DNA from: Candidatus Nomurabacteria bacterium
GTDB taxonomy: Bacteria > Patescibacteriota > Minisyncoccia > Phycocordibacterales > UBA9973
Assembly: GCA_023267195.1 (NCBI GenBank)
Contig: JAHFNT010000002.1
Coordinates: 23,830-87,829, forward strand
Length of the DNA stretch: 64,000 bases
Reading direction: 5' to 3'
A program made the translations under genes and the position numbers. This document shows, in pieces, positions 22,450-32,355 of this stretch (within the stretch, counting starts at the first letter, position 1; every line of letters starts with the position of its first letter). The notes beneath the pieces are model-generated. The model worked only from the letters and a program-made list of their open reading frames with translations, did no database searches and had not been told where the DNA came from.

Positions 22450-23835
22450 ATGTCATTGAATTCAATTTCACCAATAGACGGACGCTACCATAAATCAACC
22501 TCTATTTTATCGCGAGTCTTTAGTGAGAGGGGACTGATGCGCTACCGCGTGATGGTTGAGGGAGAATATTTGATTGCGTTATCAGAATTAAAAATTAAAT
22601 TAAGAAAATTATCTGATAGAGAAAAGAAAATAATTAGGACACTTTTTGATTTAACAGATGAAGATGCGCAGATTATTTCTGATATTGAACAAAAAGGCTA
22701 TAAAAATATCAAGGCCACCGATCATGACGTGAAAGCGGTAGAATATTTCATGAAAGACAAGCTCGAAGATACAACCCTAAAAGATATTTTAGAGTGGATT
22801 CATTTTGGATTAACCAGCGAGGATACCAATAATCTTTCTTATGGATTAATGCTTCGCGATGGAACAGAAATATTAATCCTAAAACTTGAAGAAATAATTA
22901 GGGAATTTAATAAGTTAACCAAAGAACACGCAAATCTTCCAATACTCGCCCGCACTCATGGTCAACCTGCTAGCCCAACAACTTTTGGAAAAGAGTTTAA
23001 GATTTTTTCTTCCAGACTAGAAAGACAAGTAAACAATTTAAAAAAGCAAGAAATTCTTTGCAAATTAAACGGCGCCACGGGCAATTATAACGCTCAAGTT
23101 ATAGCTTTCCCGAATATTGATTGGTTTAAATTCACCAAAACTTTCATCGCTCAATTGAATAAAACAGGGTCTGAAACTCTACGCCTAGAACCAAATTTAT
23201 TTACTACACAAATAGAATCCCATGACTCTTACGCCGAGATTTTTGACAACTTAAAAAGAATTAATACTATTCTGTTAGATTTTAATCAAGATATGTGGCG
23301 GTATATCAGTGATGAATGGATAATACAAAAACCGACAGAGGGAACAGTCGGGAGTTCCACCATGCCCCATAAAATCAACCCGATAAAATTTGAAAATAGC
23401 GAAGGAAACCTAGGAATAGCTAATGCTCTGTTTGAATTTTTTGGAAGAAAATTATCTATTTCTAGGCTGCAAAGAGATCTTTCTGATTCCACAGTGCAAA
23501 GAAATTTCGGTACAGCCTTTGGGCATTCTTTAATTGCCTATGAATACCTGCTAAAAGGATTAAATAAGGTAAGTGTAAATAAAAACAAAATTATCGAAGT
23601 ATTAAACAACCATCCAGAAATTATTGCAGAGGCAATCCAGACAATATTACGCCGTGAAGGAGCAGAAATGCCATATGAAAAATTGAAAGATTTTACTCGA
23701 GGTAAACAAGTTACCTTAGAGGACATACATAACTTTATAAATTCTTTAAAGATTAGTGAAAAAGTAAAAAAAGAACTTTTTAAAATTACTCCGGGAAATT
23801 ATATTGGTCTTGCTTCCAAGCTCGCTTCAAAGTAA
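22450..23835 (+). CDS. purB: Adenylosuccinate lyase
   Basis: SPIDGRY, HFGLTSED, RTHGQPA, GSSTMPHKINP; start placed at ATG 22450. Confidence 0.96.
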   Translation: MSLNSISPIDGRYHKSTSILSRVFSERGLMRYRVMVEGEYLIALSELKIKLRKLSDREKKIIRTLFDLTDEDAQIISDIEQKGYKNIKATDHDVKAVEYFMKDKLEDTTLKDILEWIHFGLTSEDTNNLSYGLMLRDGTEILILKLEEIIREFNKLTKEHANLPILARTHGQPASPTTFGKEFKIFSSRLERQVNNLKKQEILCKLNGATGNYNAQVIAFPNIDWFKFTKTFIAQLNKTGSETLRLEPNLFTTQIESHDSYAEIFDNLKRINTILLDFNQDMWRYISDEWIIQKPTEGTVGSSTMPHKINPIKFENSEGNLGIANALFEFFGRKLSISRLQRDLSDSTVQRNFGTAFGHSLIAYEYLLKGLNKVSVNKNKIIEVLNNHPEIIAEAIQTILRREGAEMPYEKLKDFTRGKQVTLEDIHNFINSLKISEKVKKELFKITPGNYIGLASKLASK

Positions 23836-23844
23836 GATAGAACT

Positions 23845-24108
23845 ATGCTATTTAGGGTGCTAGCGGCAATAATACTTTTGTTTTCTATACTTTTTCTACC
23901 TTTTTGGGTGTCTTTTTTAGTGGGGCTCGCGGGTATGTTTTATTTTAAAATTTTCTCCGAAGCAGTAGCCTTGTTTCTTTTGTCAGATCTGCTCCATGGA
24001 GCAAGAGAAGAGAGATTTTATTCTATGGTGTTTATTTCTTTTTTGATTTCCGCCTTATTTCTATTGATAATAGAAATATTCAAAAAGAAACTGAAATTTT
24101 ATGCTTAA
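23845..24108 (+). CDS. Small integral membrane protein upstream of the PBP gene
   Basis: About three hydrophobic segments; overlaps the PBP start; -10-like TAAGAT 6 nt before ATG. Confidence 0.65.
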   Translation: MLFRVLAAIILLFSILFLPFWVSFLVGLAGMFYFKIFSEAVALFLLSDLLHGAREERFYSMVFISFLISALFLLIIEIFKKKLKFYA

Positions 24109-25780
24109 AAAAAGGTACAATAATTCATTAGTGGAGCCGGATGAAATCTTCCTTGATTCCACCAACTTGCAAAATTTTGATCGCCAGCAATTCGAAGGTC
24201 GAATAGAAAAGCCTATTCCTAAAAAAACCATTATTTTTTTAGGAATTTTGTTTGCATTTATCACAGGAATTTTTTCTGCTCGACTGATTTATTTGCAAAT
24301 ACAAAAAGGTGAGGCGTATTACGCAAGAAGCCAAAATAATACTTTAGAAAAAGCTATCATTTTTACTGATAGGGGAATTATTTATGATCGCAATAAAGTT
24401 GAATTAGCGTGGAATAAAAAAGGGGAAGAAATTTCTATTCCTATACGAACATACTTATCTCCAGGCTTTTCACACCTACTGGGCTATGTAAGTTACCCCA
24501 CCCAAGATAAAGGAGGAAATTTTTGGCAGGGAGAATTTAAAGGAAAAGACGGGCTAGAAAAAGAATATGATGATGTGATCAAAGGAGAAAATGGTTCAAA
24601 AATAATAGAAACAGACGCGCTCGGAAAAGTATATTCTGAAAATATAGTAAATGCGCCCAAAAAAGGCAAAGATTTAGTTACGACAATTGATTCGCGCATT
24701 CAAAAAGAGTTATTCACCCTCATCAAGAATCTATCAGAAAGCAAGAATTTTACTGGTGGGGCTGGAATCATAATAGATATTAATAATGGAGAGATCATTA
24801 CTTCTACCAGTTTCCCAGAATATAATTCTGAAATTCTTTCTCTAGGAAAAGATACTCCTAAAATTAATAATTATTTAACCGATAAAAGTAAAGTTTTTCT
24901 AGATAGAGGAATTTCTGGACTTTATACTCCAGGGTCAATCGTGAAGCCATTTTTTGCCTTGGGCGCCCTAGCTGAAAATATAATTGATCCTTATACAAAA
25001 ATTCTTTCAACTGGATCCATTTCAATCCCCAACCCTTATTTCCCGGACCAAAAAACTGTCTTTAAAGACTGGAGAGTAAATGGCTGGACTAATATGATGG
25101 AGGCAATAGCAGTATCTTCAGATGTATATTTTTATGAAATTGGGGGAGGTTTCGAAAACCAAAAAGGTTTGGGTATAGCTAATCTTGAAAAGTATTCAAA
25201 AATGTTTGGACTAGGAACCAAAACTGATATAGATTTGCCAGATGAAAAAAGCGGAATAATACCAACCCCGGAATGGAAATTGGCCAATTTCAAAGGAGAT
25301 CCATGGAGGATAGGGGATACATATCACACTGCGATAGGACAATATGGATTCCAAGTAACCCCCCTTGAAATGGCAAGGGCCGCGGCAGCTATTGCCAACA
25401 ACGGAAAATTATTAACTCCTCACTTATTATTAAATGATACCAAAAAAGAAAATTCTTTTTCCCAAGTGGACCTACCAGAAGAATATTTCGAGATAGTACA
25501 TAAGGGGATGAGAGAATCAGTTACTTATGGCACAGCCGCTGCGCTCAATGTACCTTATGTAGCAGCGGCCGCCAAAACTGGTACCGCTCAAGTTGGAGTT
25601 GCTAAGAATAAAGTTAACTCATGGATTATAGGATTTTTCCCTTATGAAAATCCTAAATATGCTTTTACTGTAATGATGGAGGCTGGCCCAAACACCAACA
25701 GCGTCGGAGCCTCTTCGGTTATGCGCGAACTTCTTGACTGGATGTCTATTAACGCTAAAGAATATTTTGGAATAAAATGA
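24101..25780 (+). CDS. Class B penicillin-binding protein (PBP2-like transpeptidase)
   Basis: N-terminal TM, RGIIYDRN, PGSIVK (SxxK), SSD, KTGT. Confidence 0.9.
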   Translation: MLKKRYNNSLVEPDEIFLDSTNLQNFDRQQFEGRIEKPIPKKTIIFLGILFAFITGIFSARLIYLQIQKGEAYYARSQNNTLEKAIIFTDRGIIYDRNKVELAWNKKGEEISIPIRTYLSPGFSHLLGYVSYPTQDKGGNFWQGEFKGKDGLEKEYDDVIKGENGSKIIETDALGKVYSENIVNAPKKGKDLVTTIDSRIQKELFTLIKNLSESKNFTGGAGIIIDINNGEIITSTSFPEYNSEILSLGKDTPKINNYLTDKSKVFLDRGISGLYTPGSIVKPFFALGALAENIIDPYTKILSTGSISIPNPYFPDQKTVFKDWRVNGWTNMMEAIAVSSDVYFYEIGGGFENQKGLGIANLEKYSKMFGLGTKTDIDLPDEKSGIIPTPEWKLANFKGDPWRIGDTYHTAIGQYGFQVTPLEMARAAAAIANNGKLLTPHLLLNDTKKENSFSQVDLPEEYFEIVHKGMRESVTYGTAAALNVPYVAAAAKTGTAQVGVAKNKVNSWIIGFFPYENPKYAFTVMMEAGPNTNSVGASSVMRELLDWMSINAKEYFGIK

Positions 25781-25819
25781 ATATTTGCATTAAAACTTTT
25801 TATAAAATATAATAAACTC

Positions 25820-26041
25820 ATGACTAAAGTGAGAGTACTTTTGGCTTTGGGGGTGTGGGTTACAATACTTCCATACTTGGGATTCCCATATTCCTGGAAA
25901 GATATATTGTTTACCATTACAGGGTTGGCGCTTATTTATGTTGGCTATCTTCTCTATAGCTACTTCAAAGAGAAAGAAACCAAAGAAGAAAGTTTTGACA
26001 ACTTCAAGGAAAATAGTAATTTTGATCAGCTAGATAAATAA
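25820..26041 (+). CDS. Small two-TM membrane protein
   Basis: Hydrophobic hairpin; TTGCAT-17-TATAAT promoter, ATG 6 nt after -10. Confidence 0.7.
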   Translation: MTKVRVLLALGVWVTILPYLGFPYSWKDILFTITGLALIYVGYLLYSYFKEKETKEESFDNFKENSNFDQLDK

Positions 26042-26042
26042 A

Positions 26043-27254
26043 ATGGAAAATTTTTCTAAAACAAGATATTTTACAGTTATTGTTTTTTTTGTTGTCTTGT
26101 CATTTGTTTCCGGTATTTATATTGGAAATAACAATCGACCTCCTATAGAAAAAGTATCAAATATCTCCGGGAAAGAACCGCAAGTTGAAACTCAAACAGA
26201 TTTTTCGCCTTTTTGGAAAGTTTGGAACATTATGAATGAAAAGTATCCAGATGCAGCCAAAACAACCGATCAAGCTAGAGTTTATGGGGCAATTGCTGGG
26301 CTTGTAAGCTCATTAAATGACCCATACAGCGTATTTTTTACCCCAGAGGAAACTAAGTCGTTTGAAGAGGAAATAGCAGGGAATTTTGATGGTATAGGTA
26401 TGGAAGTCGGCATAAAAGATAAAGTACTTACAGTCATAGCTCCACTTAAAGATACTCCGGCATATAGGGCTGATATTAGGTCAGGGGATAAAATTCTAAA
26501 AATTGATAAAGTTGTCACCACAGACTTGAGTGTTGAAGAAGCTATTAAATTGATCAGAGGACCAAAAGGAACCTCTGTCACCCTCACAATTTTCCGTGAA
26601 GGAATAGAAAAACCGAAAGAAATAAAAATAATTAGGGATACAATAAGCATTCCCACTCTAGACACCGAAGTTAGGAAAGATGGAATTTTTGTAGTAAAAC
26701 TATATAGCTTTTCTGCCAACTCAGCCAATCTTTTCCGAAATGCAATGAAACAGTTTGCGGAGTCAGGATATGACAAACTTCTGCTTGATCTCCGCGGAAA
26801 TCCTGGCGGATATTTAGATGCAGCAGTAGATATGGCGAGCTGGTTCCTCCCCGGTGGGAAAGTGGTAGTAACTGAAGATTATGGCAATAATAAAACTGGC
26901 GAAATATTCAGAAGCAAGGGTTATGATATATTCAATGATAAATTAAAATTTGTAATTCTAATAGATGGTGGTTCTGCTTCGGCTTCCGAGATATTAGCGG
27001 GGGCAATGCAAGACAATGGGCGAGCAAAATTAGTCGGGAGTCAGAGTTTTGGTAAAGGATCAGTACAACAAGTCATTGACGTAACCTCGGATACTGTTCT
27101 GAAAATTACTGTAGCAAAGTGGCTTACACCCAACGGAACTTCTATCTCAGAAAAAGGCTTAACGCCGGATTATGTAGTAGAAATGACTCAAGAAGATTTG
27201 AATAAAAAGTTTGATGTACAGATGAATAAAGCGGTAGAACTATTGTTAAAATAA
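26043..27254 (+). CDS. C-terminal processing peptidase (S41, CtpA-like)
   Basis: DPYS, PDZ domain, DLRGNPGG, SASASEI, GKGSVQ. Confidence 0.93.
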   Translation: MENFSKTRYFTVIVFFVVLSFVSGIYIGNNNRPPIEKVSNISGKEPQVETQTDFSPFWKVWNIMNEKYPDAAKTTDQARVYGAIAGLVSSLNDPYSVFFTPEETKSFEEEIAGNFDGIGMEVGIKDKVLTVIAPLKDTPAYRADIRSGDKILKIDKVVTTDLSVEEAIKLIRGPKGTSVTLTIFREGIEKPKEIKIIRDTISIPTLDTEVRKDGIFVVKLYSFSANSANLFRNAMKQFAESGYDKLLLDLRGNPGGYLDAAVDMASWFLPGGKVVVTEDYGNNKTGEIFRSKGYDIFNDKLKFVILIDGGSASASEILAGAMQDNGRAKLVGSQSFGKGSVQQVIDVTSDTVLKITVAKWLTPNGTSISEKGLTPDYVVEMTQEDLNKKFDVQMNKAVELLLK

Positions 27255-27275
27255 TAATTTAAATTAAATTTATCC

Positions 27276-27719
27276 ATGAAAGTTATATTTTTACAAGATG
27301 TTCCTAGGGTAGGCAAGAGGCATGATGTCAAAGAGATCAACGACGGCTATGCAATGAATTTCTTATTTCCCAGAAAACTGGCTGAGCCAGCAACCCCTAG
27401 AGCAATTTCAGAACTAGAAAAAAGAAAGAAAAATATAGAGATAGAGAGGGAAGTACAGGAAGATCTTTTGTTGAAAAATTTAGAGGAAATAAAAGGTAAG
27501 GTGGTTACTATCACAGCTAAAACAGATGACAAAGGACATCTGTTCTCAAAAATTCATACGAAGGAAATTGTAGAAGAAATGAAACGCCAACATCACGCTG
27601 ATATTAGTGAAGAATTTATTGCCTTAGAAAAACCAATTAAAGAAATAGGGGAGTTTGAAATTGCAATCGCGATAAGGGGTAAAAAATCTTCATTTAAACT
27701 TGTGGTTAATGGCGTATAG
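27276..27719 (+). CDS. rplI: 50S ribosomal protein L9
   Basis: MKVIFLQDV, DGYAMNFLFP, GHLF, PIKEIGE. Confidence 0.93.
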   Translation: MKVIFLQDVPRVGKRHDVKEINDGYAMNFLFPRKLAEPATPRAISELEKRKKNIEIEREVQEDLLLKNLEEIKGKVVTITAKTDDKGHLFSKIHTKEIVEEMKRQHHADISEEFIALEKPIKEIGEFEIAIAIRGKKSSFKLVVNGV

Positions 27720-27741
27720 CATAATACTTAATTAAATTTTT

Positions 27742-28521
27742 ATGAAAGAAGGATCTCCAAATAATATATGGCGAGTCTTAAGAGATAATAAGGGCCCCAT
27801 AAAAGATATTTTAATTGGTAAAGAGGGCAAATGGAGAGATTTTGATTCTAGGGTAGGAGATTTTGAGTTAACTTTTGGGGAAGTCATACCAGGTAATGTT
27901 TACCAAAACAGACATGAACCTTCTGTGGGTCAATTTTTTCAGAGGTACATAGAAAAAACCTTGTCAGAGAATGAAGACGGGCATGCGCTAACTGCTGTAG
28001 AATTCGGGGGTCCTGGATCAATGCTTTTTAGGGGTTTTAGTAAGAATTTTTTTAGCCACACAGTTGGTATTTGTTTAAAGGATATCCGAACAAAGTATCA
28101 ACAAGAAGTTGATGAAAGCAATAATCATTCGGTAATTACTGGGGATATATTTGACATTAGGGATAAAAAATTACTAGTAGAGGTCGCTAGTAAATTGGGC
28201 TCAGAAAAAACCGATCTAATTATTTCAAGAATGAAAGGACCGCTTCTTTTTCTGAAAAAAGAGGGTTTTGTTTTAGACAAAATTTTTAGAAATTGGTATG
28301 AATTTTTAAATGAAAACGGTGTTATGTTTATAGAACTAGGCTCTTTAAATGAAGATTTAAAAACTGCTATAAATAAATGGGTAACAGCCTTAAGGGCAAA
28401 TTTTCCAGAAATTGATATTGAGATTCAATTGTATGGTAATGGCATTGTGAGACTACACAAAAGACCTGGGGCACCAAACAAATTGCCACCAGCCTCTAAA
28501 TTAATAGCCAAGGGAAGCTAA
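27742..28521 (+). CDS. Hypothetical protein, possible class I methyltransferase-like fold
   Basis: VEFGGPG motif-I-like segment, GDIFD, DLIISR, LNENG. Confidence 0.45.
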   Translation: MKEGSPNNIWRVLRDNKGPIKDILIGKEGKWRDFDSRVGDFELTFGEVIPGNVYQNRHEPSVGQFFQRYIEKTLSENEDGHALTAVEFGGPGSMLFRGFSKNFFSHTVGICLKDIRTKYQQEVDESNNHSVITGDIFDIRDKKLLVEVASKLGSEKTDLIISRMKGPLLFLKKEGFVLDKIFRNWYEFLNENGVMFIELGSLNEDLKTAINKWVTALRANFPEIDIEIQLYGNGIVRLHKRPGAPNKLPPASKLIAKGS

Positions 28522-28790
28522 ACCACACTCACTACTTTTTTAACTGCGGTTCTACCATGGAAGGATGTTTTTCTTTTTGAGCCAAATTTTACTGTGCCGT
28601 CTTTGAGAGCAAATAGGGTATGGTCTTTGCCTAAACCTACATTTGTACCGGCAAGTATTGCTGTGCCACGCTGACGTACAATAACGGAGCCAGCTTGGGC
28701 ACTTTGGCCATCTGTAAGCTTAATACCAAGGTATTTTGGCTGGGAGTCTCTTAAATTTTTGGCGGTTCCGCCGGCTTTTCTATGTGCCAT
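28518..28790 (-). CDS. rpmA: 50S ribosomal protein L27
   Basis: [11 protein letters not shown]-x-x-[20 protein letters not shown]. Confidence 0.97.
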   Translation of the reverse strand: MAHRKAGGTAKNLRDSQPKYLGIKLTDGQSAQAGSVIVRQRGTAILAGTNVGLGKDHTLFALKDGTVKFGSKRKTSFHGRTAVKKVVSVV

Positions 28791-28837
28791 ATACTTTTTA
28801 TGTTATTATTTAAAGCAAGTAGAGTATAAACGATTCT

Positions 28838-29224
28838 ATGCAAAAAATCAAGCAATTTATAGAGAGTGAGCGGGGGAAAGACATTTTTGTCGTTCTAGTT
28901 GTAATTTTAGTAGGCTTAGGTTCATTTGAACTAGGCAGACTATCAAAGAGTGACAATTCTTCTGGCATAAAGATAGAATATACCGATCAAAATGGAAACC
29001 AAGAGGCTAGTGCATTAAAGGCGGTAAAATCTTCAAATATTATTCCACCCAAAATTGAATCCACAAATTTTAATAAAAATTTTTTTGCTTCAACCAGGGG
29101 CAGTAAATATTATTCGGTAGGGTGTTCGGCTGGTAAAACTATCAAACAAGAAAATCGCGTCTACTTTGCAACAGGGGAAGAGGCAGAGGGGGCCGGATAT
29201 GAACTTTCTAGCTCATGCCAATAG
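28838..29224 (+). CDS. Membrane-anchored protein with Ada-metal-binding-like C-terminal domain
   Basis: One TM, then ASTRGSKYY..GC....I..ENRVYF....EAE.AGY pattern. Confidence 0.65.
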   Translation: MQKIKQFIESERGKDIFVVLVVILVGLGSFELGRLSKSDNSSGIKIEYTDQNGNQEASALKAVKSSNIIPPKIESTNFNKNFFASTRGSKYYSVGCSAGKTIKQENRVYFATGEEAEGAGYELSSSCQ

Positions 29225-29277
29225 AATATCTACGTGTCGCACAATATATGTTGGATACACTAAATATATATCTTCTT

Positions 29278-29571
29278 TTATTGTCCTACCTGGAGCTCTG
29301 TACTGCTGGTGTTGTCAATTTTAGAAATAAGAGGCTGCCAAATAATCTTCAACCAAACATCATTCCAAAGATATGATGCAGGTTCTGCCAAATAATTATC
29401 CCATACTGTTTTAGCAGTTCGTTCAACATAATTTATATTTTCTTGGCCAGTAGGACTCTCCACCACAGCTCTGATGCTAACATTAAAATAGCTTAACACT
29501 AAAATTATTACTAAAGAAAGAAAAAATACCCCTAATATGCTTATCCCTCTTTGTTTGTTATCTTTTTTCAT
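29278..29571 (-). CDS. Small pilin-like membrane protein
   Basis: Basic N-terminus ending KQRG|I followed by a hydrophobic run (class III signal peptide-like). Confidence 0.55.
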   Translation of the reverse strand: MKKDNKQRGISILGVFFLSLVIILVLSYFNVSIRAVVESPTGQENINYVERTAKTVWDNYLAEPASYLWNDVWLKIIWQPLISKIDNTSSTELQVGQ

Positions 29572-29578
29572 AACATCG

Positions 29579-29725
29579 CTATCTTAAGACACTACTAAAG
29601 AATGATATAAACCAATGAACGAGACCAGAAACAGTGATTCCTAAATATTTCATTATTAGTAAAGCGATAATTACAAGAATTATTATTTGTAAAAATCCAC
29701 CTTCATTGTTTTTGATATTATTCAT
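29579..29725 (-). CDS. 48-aa pilin-like peptide MNNIKNNEGGFLQIIILVIIALLIMKYLGITVSGLVHWFISFFSSVLR (not in the ORF track)
   Basis: Manually translated; GG|F prepilin-like motif, hydrophobic helix and amphipathic tail; fills the intergenic gap. Confidence 0.6.
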   Translation of the reverse strand: MNNIKNNEGGFLQIIILVIIALLIMKYLGITVSGLVHWFISFFSSVLR

Positions 29726-29773
29726 ATATTTATTTATTCACCTATATTATTAATATTAACACAAATTAGAAAT

Positions 29774-31063
29774 CTACAAAAAAGGTAAATAAGCTAAGGC
29801 ATCTAAATATGCATTCACTGGAGAAACTGGAAGTCTATAGATACGGCCTCCGCAAGCCACACTGGTCTTGGAAGCCATTTTAGCTGCTTGTGATGCATAT
29901 AAAGAGACATGTAGATGGGGCCCTGTAGTATGCCCGGTATTACCGCTATAACCCACAATCTCTCCCCTTTTTATTGATTCTCCTTCTCGCACTTTAATCA
30001 AAGAAAGATGGCCAAATGTGCTAGATAAACCATTGTTATATTCTATAAAAACAAATTTACCAAAAGATGCACCAGAACAAGTAAGATCAGTATCTCCGAC
30101 ACCAAGCACGGTGCCATCTGCCATCGCCATTACAGGAGTACCGACTGATGCCCTGAAATCCACTCCATTGTGGGTACCAGATGCATAAAGACGCTTGGAA
30201 TCAACAGTTTTACCGAAGAACTGGGTCACAAATATCTGACTAAGCGGCCAACTTAGAACCCGACCAGAAGGAAGTTTTGAGGGATCAAGAATGAACTGCA
30301 ATTGCGCTTCATAATCTCGCAATTCTTTTTCGAATGCATCTCTTTGCGCGATTCTGTCCTTTAATAATTTTTGATAGTTCGCCTCATTATTCTTGGTTTG
30401 CTTTAAAAGTTTATTTTTTTCGTTAGTATTTTGTACGACTATCTTTTGCTGGTCGGAAAGCTGAGATTTTAACTTAGTAAGCTCATTTTTTGCATTTATT
30501 GTTTCTTCTTTAGTATTTTCTAATTCTACCTTTATCTGCTTCAAGTCTATAATTTGATTCCTAATTTTATCTCCTATAGTTATCGCATTGTCTATATCAT
30601 TCCAAATTAGCGAAAAGTTATTCGAAGAAAGAAGGGTTTCTACTATGCTTTGACTTTCAAATTCATTAATCTTTTTCACACTTAAAGCAATGGCTTCAAT
30701 ATTATTTGAAATAGAACTTTGCTTAACACCTATATCTTGACTCAAACTTTGAATTTTTAAATTTGTTTTATCAATTTTCTTTTGAGTTACCGCAATATCT
30801 GTATTTAATTTCTTTTTTGTAAGATCGAGCTCTTTCAGTGAGTTGCTTAAAGAGCTCTTTTGTTTCCCTAGACTATCCAATTCTGTTTGATAAGCAATTA
30901 TTTCTTTTTCTAGTTGCTGTATGTCTAAATCTTTCTGGCTTATTTTGCTGCGAATCTCGTCTATGTTTTGGGCATAGGAAAAAAGAATCGGAGTTATTAG
31001 CATCACTACAACTACTAGATTAAATAGCTTTTTGCAACCTTGAAAGGGTTTCATTTTTACCAA
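29774..31063 (-). CDS. Coiled-coil M23 peptidase (EnvC/MepM-like)
   Basis: Signal peptide, long coiled coil, HNGVD and TGPHLH zinc motifs; start uncertain. Confidence 0.9.
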   Translation of the reverse strand: MVKMKPFQGCKKLFNLVVVVMLITPILFSYAQNIDEIRSKISQKDLDIQQLEKEIIAYQTELDSLGKQKSSLSNSLKELDLTKKKLNTDIAVTQKKIDKTNLKIQSLSQDIGVKQSSISNNIEAIALSVKKINEFESQSIVETLLSSNNFSLIWNDIDNAITIGDKIRNQIIDLKQIKVELENTKEETINAKNELTKLKSQLSDQQKIVVQNTNEKNKLLKQTKNNEANYQKLLKDRIAQRDAFEKELRDYEAQLQFILDPSKLPSGRVLSWPLSQIFVTQFFGKTVDSKRLYASGTHNGVDFRASVGTPVMAMADGTVLGVGDTDLTCSGASFGKFVFIEYNNGLSSTFGHLSLIKVREGESIKRGEIVGYSGNTGHTTGPHLHVSLYASQAAKMASKTSVACGGRIYRLPVSPVNAYLDALAYLPFL

Positions 31064-32339
31064 TTATTGAAGCTATAGTAAATGGATCAGGAGATTGGTC
31101 TTTGCCGGAAAGGGCAAAACGCACAGGGTGGAGCAACTCTCCCCTACTCTCCAGTTTATCGGCAATTTTCATCAGTGTATCTTTTATATTTTCTACCGTG
31201 AAATTTTTTTCATCTAATTTTTCTAACTCGCTTATTGCTAATTTTAAATTTTCCTTTATTTTTTCTGCAGGAACGTTTTTGAAAATTAGTTTCTCTTTAG
31301 AGAATTGAGGAGGGTGGAAATATAGATCGAGCTCCCCTCTTTCGGCCATTTCTTTCACATCCCCCCATTTATTTATTCTCTCTAAAATTACCGGCACCAT
31401 TTTTTTTCCTATTTCATTTTGCATGTTTTCTGGTAACCATTCTAAAATATTTTTCTCTATTTCCTCTTTCGGAAGTAATTTTATATGTTCTTTATTCAGC
31501 CAATCTAATTTTTCCGGATTAAAAATTCCTCCACCTTTTTGTACTTTTGAGATATCGAATTTTTCTACCAATTCTGGCAAGTTAAAAATTTCCTGCTCCC
31601 CTCCAGGATTCCAACCGTTGAGCGCCATAAAATTAAGCAGGGCATCAGGTAAATATCCTAATTTCTTGTATTCTATAGCGGGCAAGACAGACTCATCTCT
31701 TTTAGAAAGCTTCGCTCTTTCTTTGTTTAAAATAAGAGGAAGATGCGCATAGATGGGTCTAGGTGCTCCTATAGCTTCTTGAATAAGGATTTGCCTAGCT
31801 GTATTAGGTGCGTGCTCTTGCCCCCTAATTACATGAGTTACACCCATTTCAAAATCGTCTATAACTACAGTCAAATGATACAGTGGCTCATTTATATCTC
31901 TGGCTATTATAAAATCTCCCAAATCAGTAGTATCCACTGTTATCTCCTCCAAAACTAGATCTTTAAATGTAATTTTTTTGTTTGGATTTTTAAATCGTAT
32001 GACTTCTTCTCTCTGGCCCTCTTCGGTCGGTGTTTCTTTCGATAAATAAGCAAATCCTTCATCCATCATTTTTTTTATATACTTTTGATGAATTTCTAAT
32101 CTATCAGATTGTCTAAAGAACATATCGTATTTCAAATTAAGCCAATCAAACAACTCCAAAAACTCGTCTTCGTATTCTCTTTTTGAACGCTCTTTGTCTG
32201 TATCTTCACTTCGTAAAATATAGGTTCCCTTGTTTTGTCTAGCAAAAAGAAAATTAAATAGAGCAGAACGAATACCTCCAACATGGAAATGTCCCGTCGG
32301 GCTAGGCGCAAATCTAGTTACAACTTTATTTTCTGCCAT
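31020..32339 (-). CDS. gltX: Glutamate-tRNA ligase
   Basis: RFAPSPTG, HVGG, THVIRG, KLSKR. Confidence 0.96.
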   Translation of the reverse strand: MAENKVVTRFAPSPTGHFHVGGIRSALFNFLFARQNKGTYILRSEDTDKERSKREYEDEFLELFDWLNLKYDMFFRQSDRLEIHQKYIKKMMDEGFAYLSKETPTEEGQREEVIRFKNPNKKITFKDLVLEEITVDTTDLGDFIIARDINEPLYHLTVVIDDFEMGVTHVIRGQEHAPNTARQILIQEAIGAPRPIYAHLPLILNKERAKLSKRDESVLPAIEYKKLGYLPDALLNFMALNGWNPGGEQEIFNLPELVEKFDISKVQKGGGIFNPEKLDWLNKEHIKLLPKEEIEKNILEWLPENMQNEIGKKMVPVILERINKWGDVKEMAERGELDLYFHPPQFSKEKLIFKNVPAEKIKENLKLAISELEKLDEKNFTVENIKDTLMKIADKLESRGELLHPVRFALSGKDQSPDPFTIASIIGKNETLSRLQKAI

Positions 32340-32355
32340 AAAGGCATTTTAGCAC

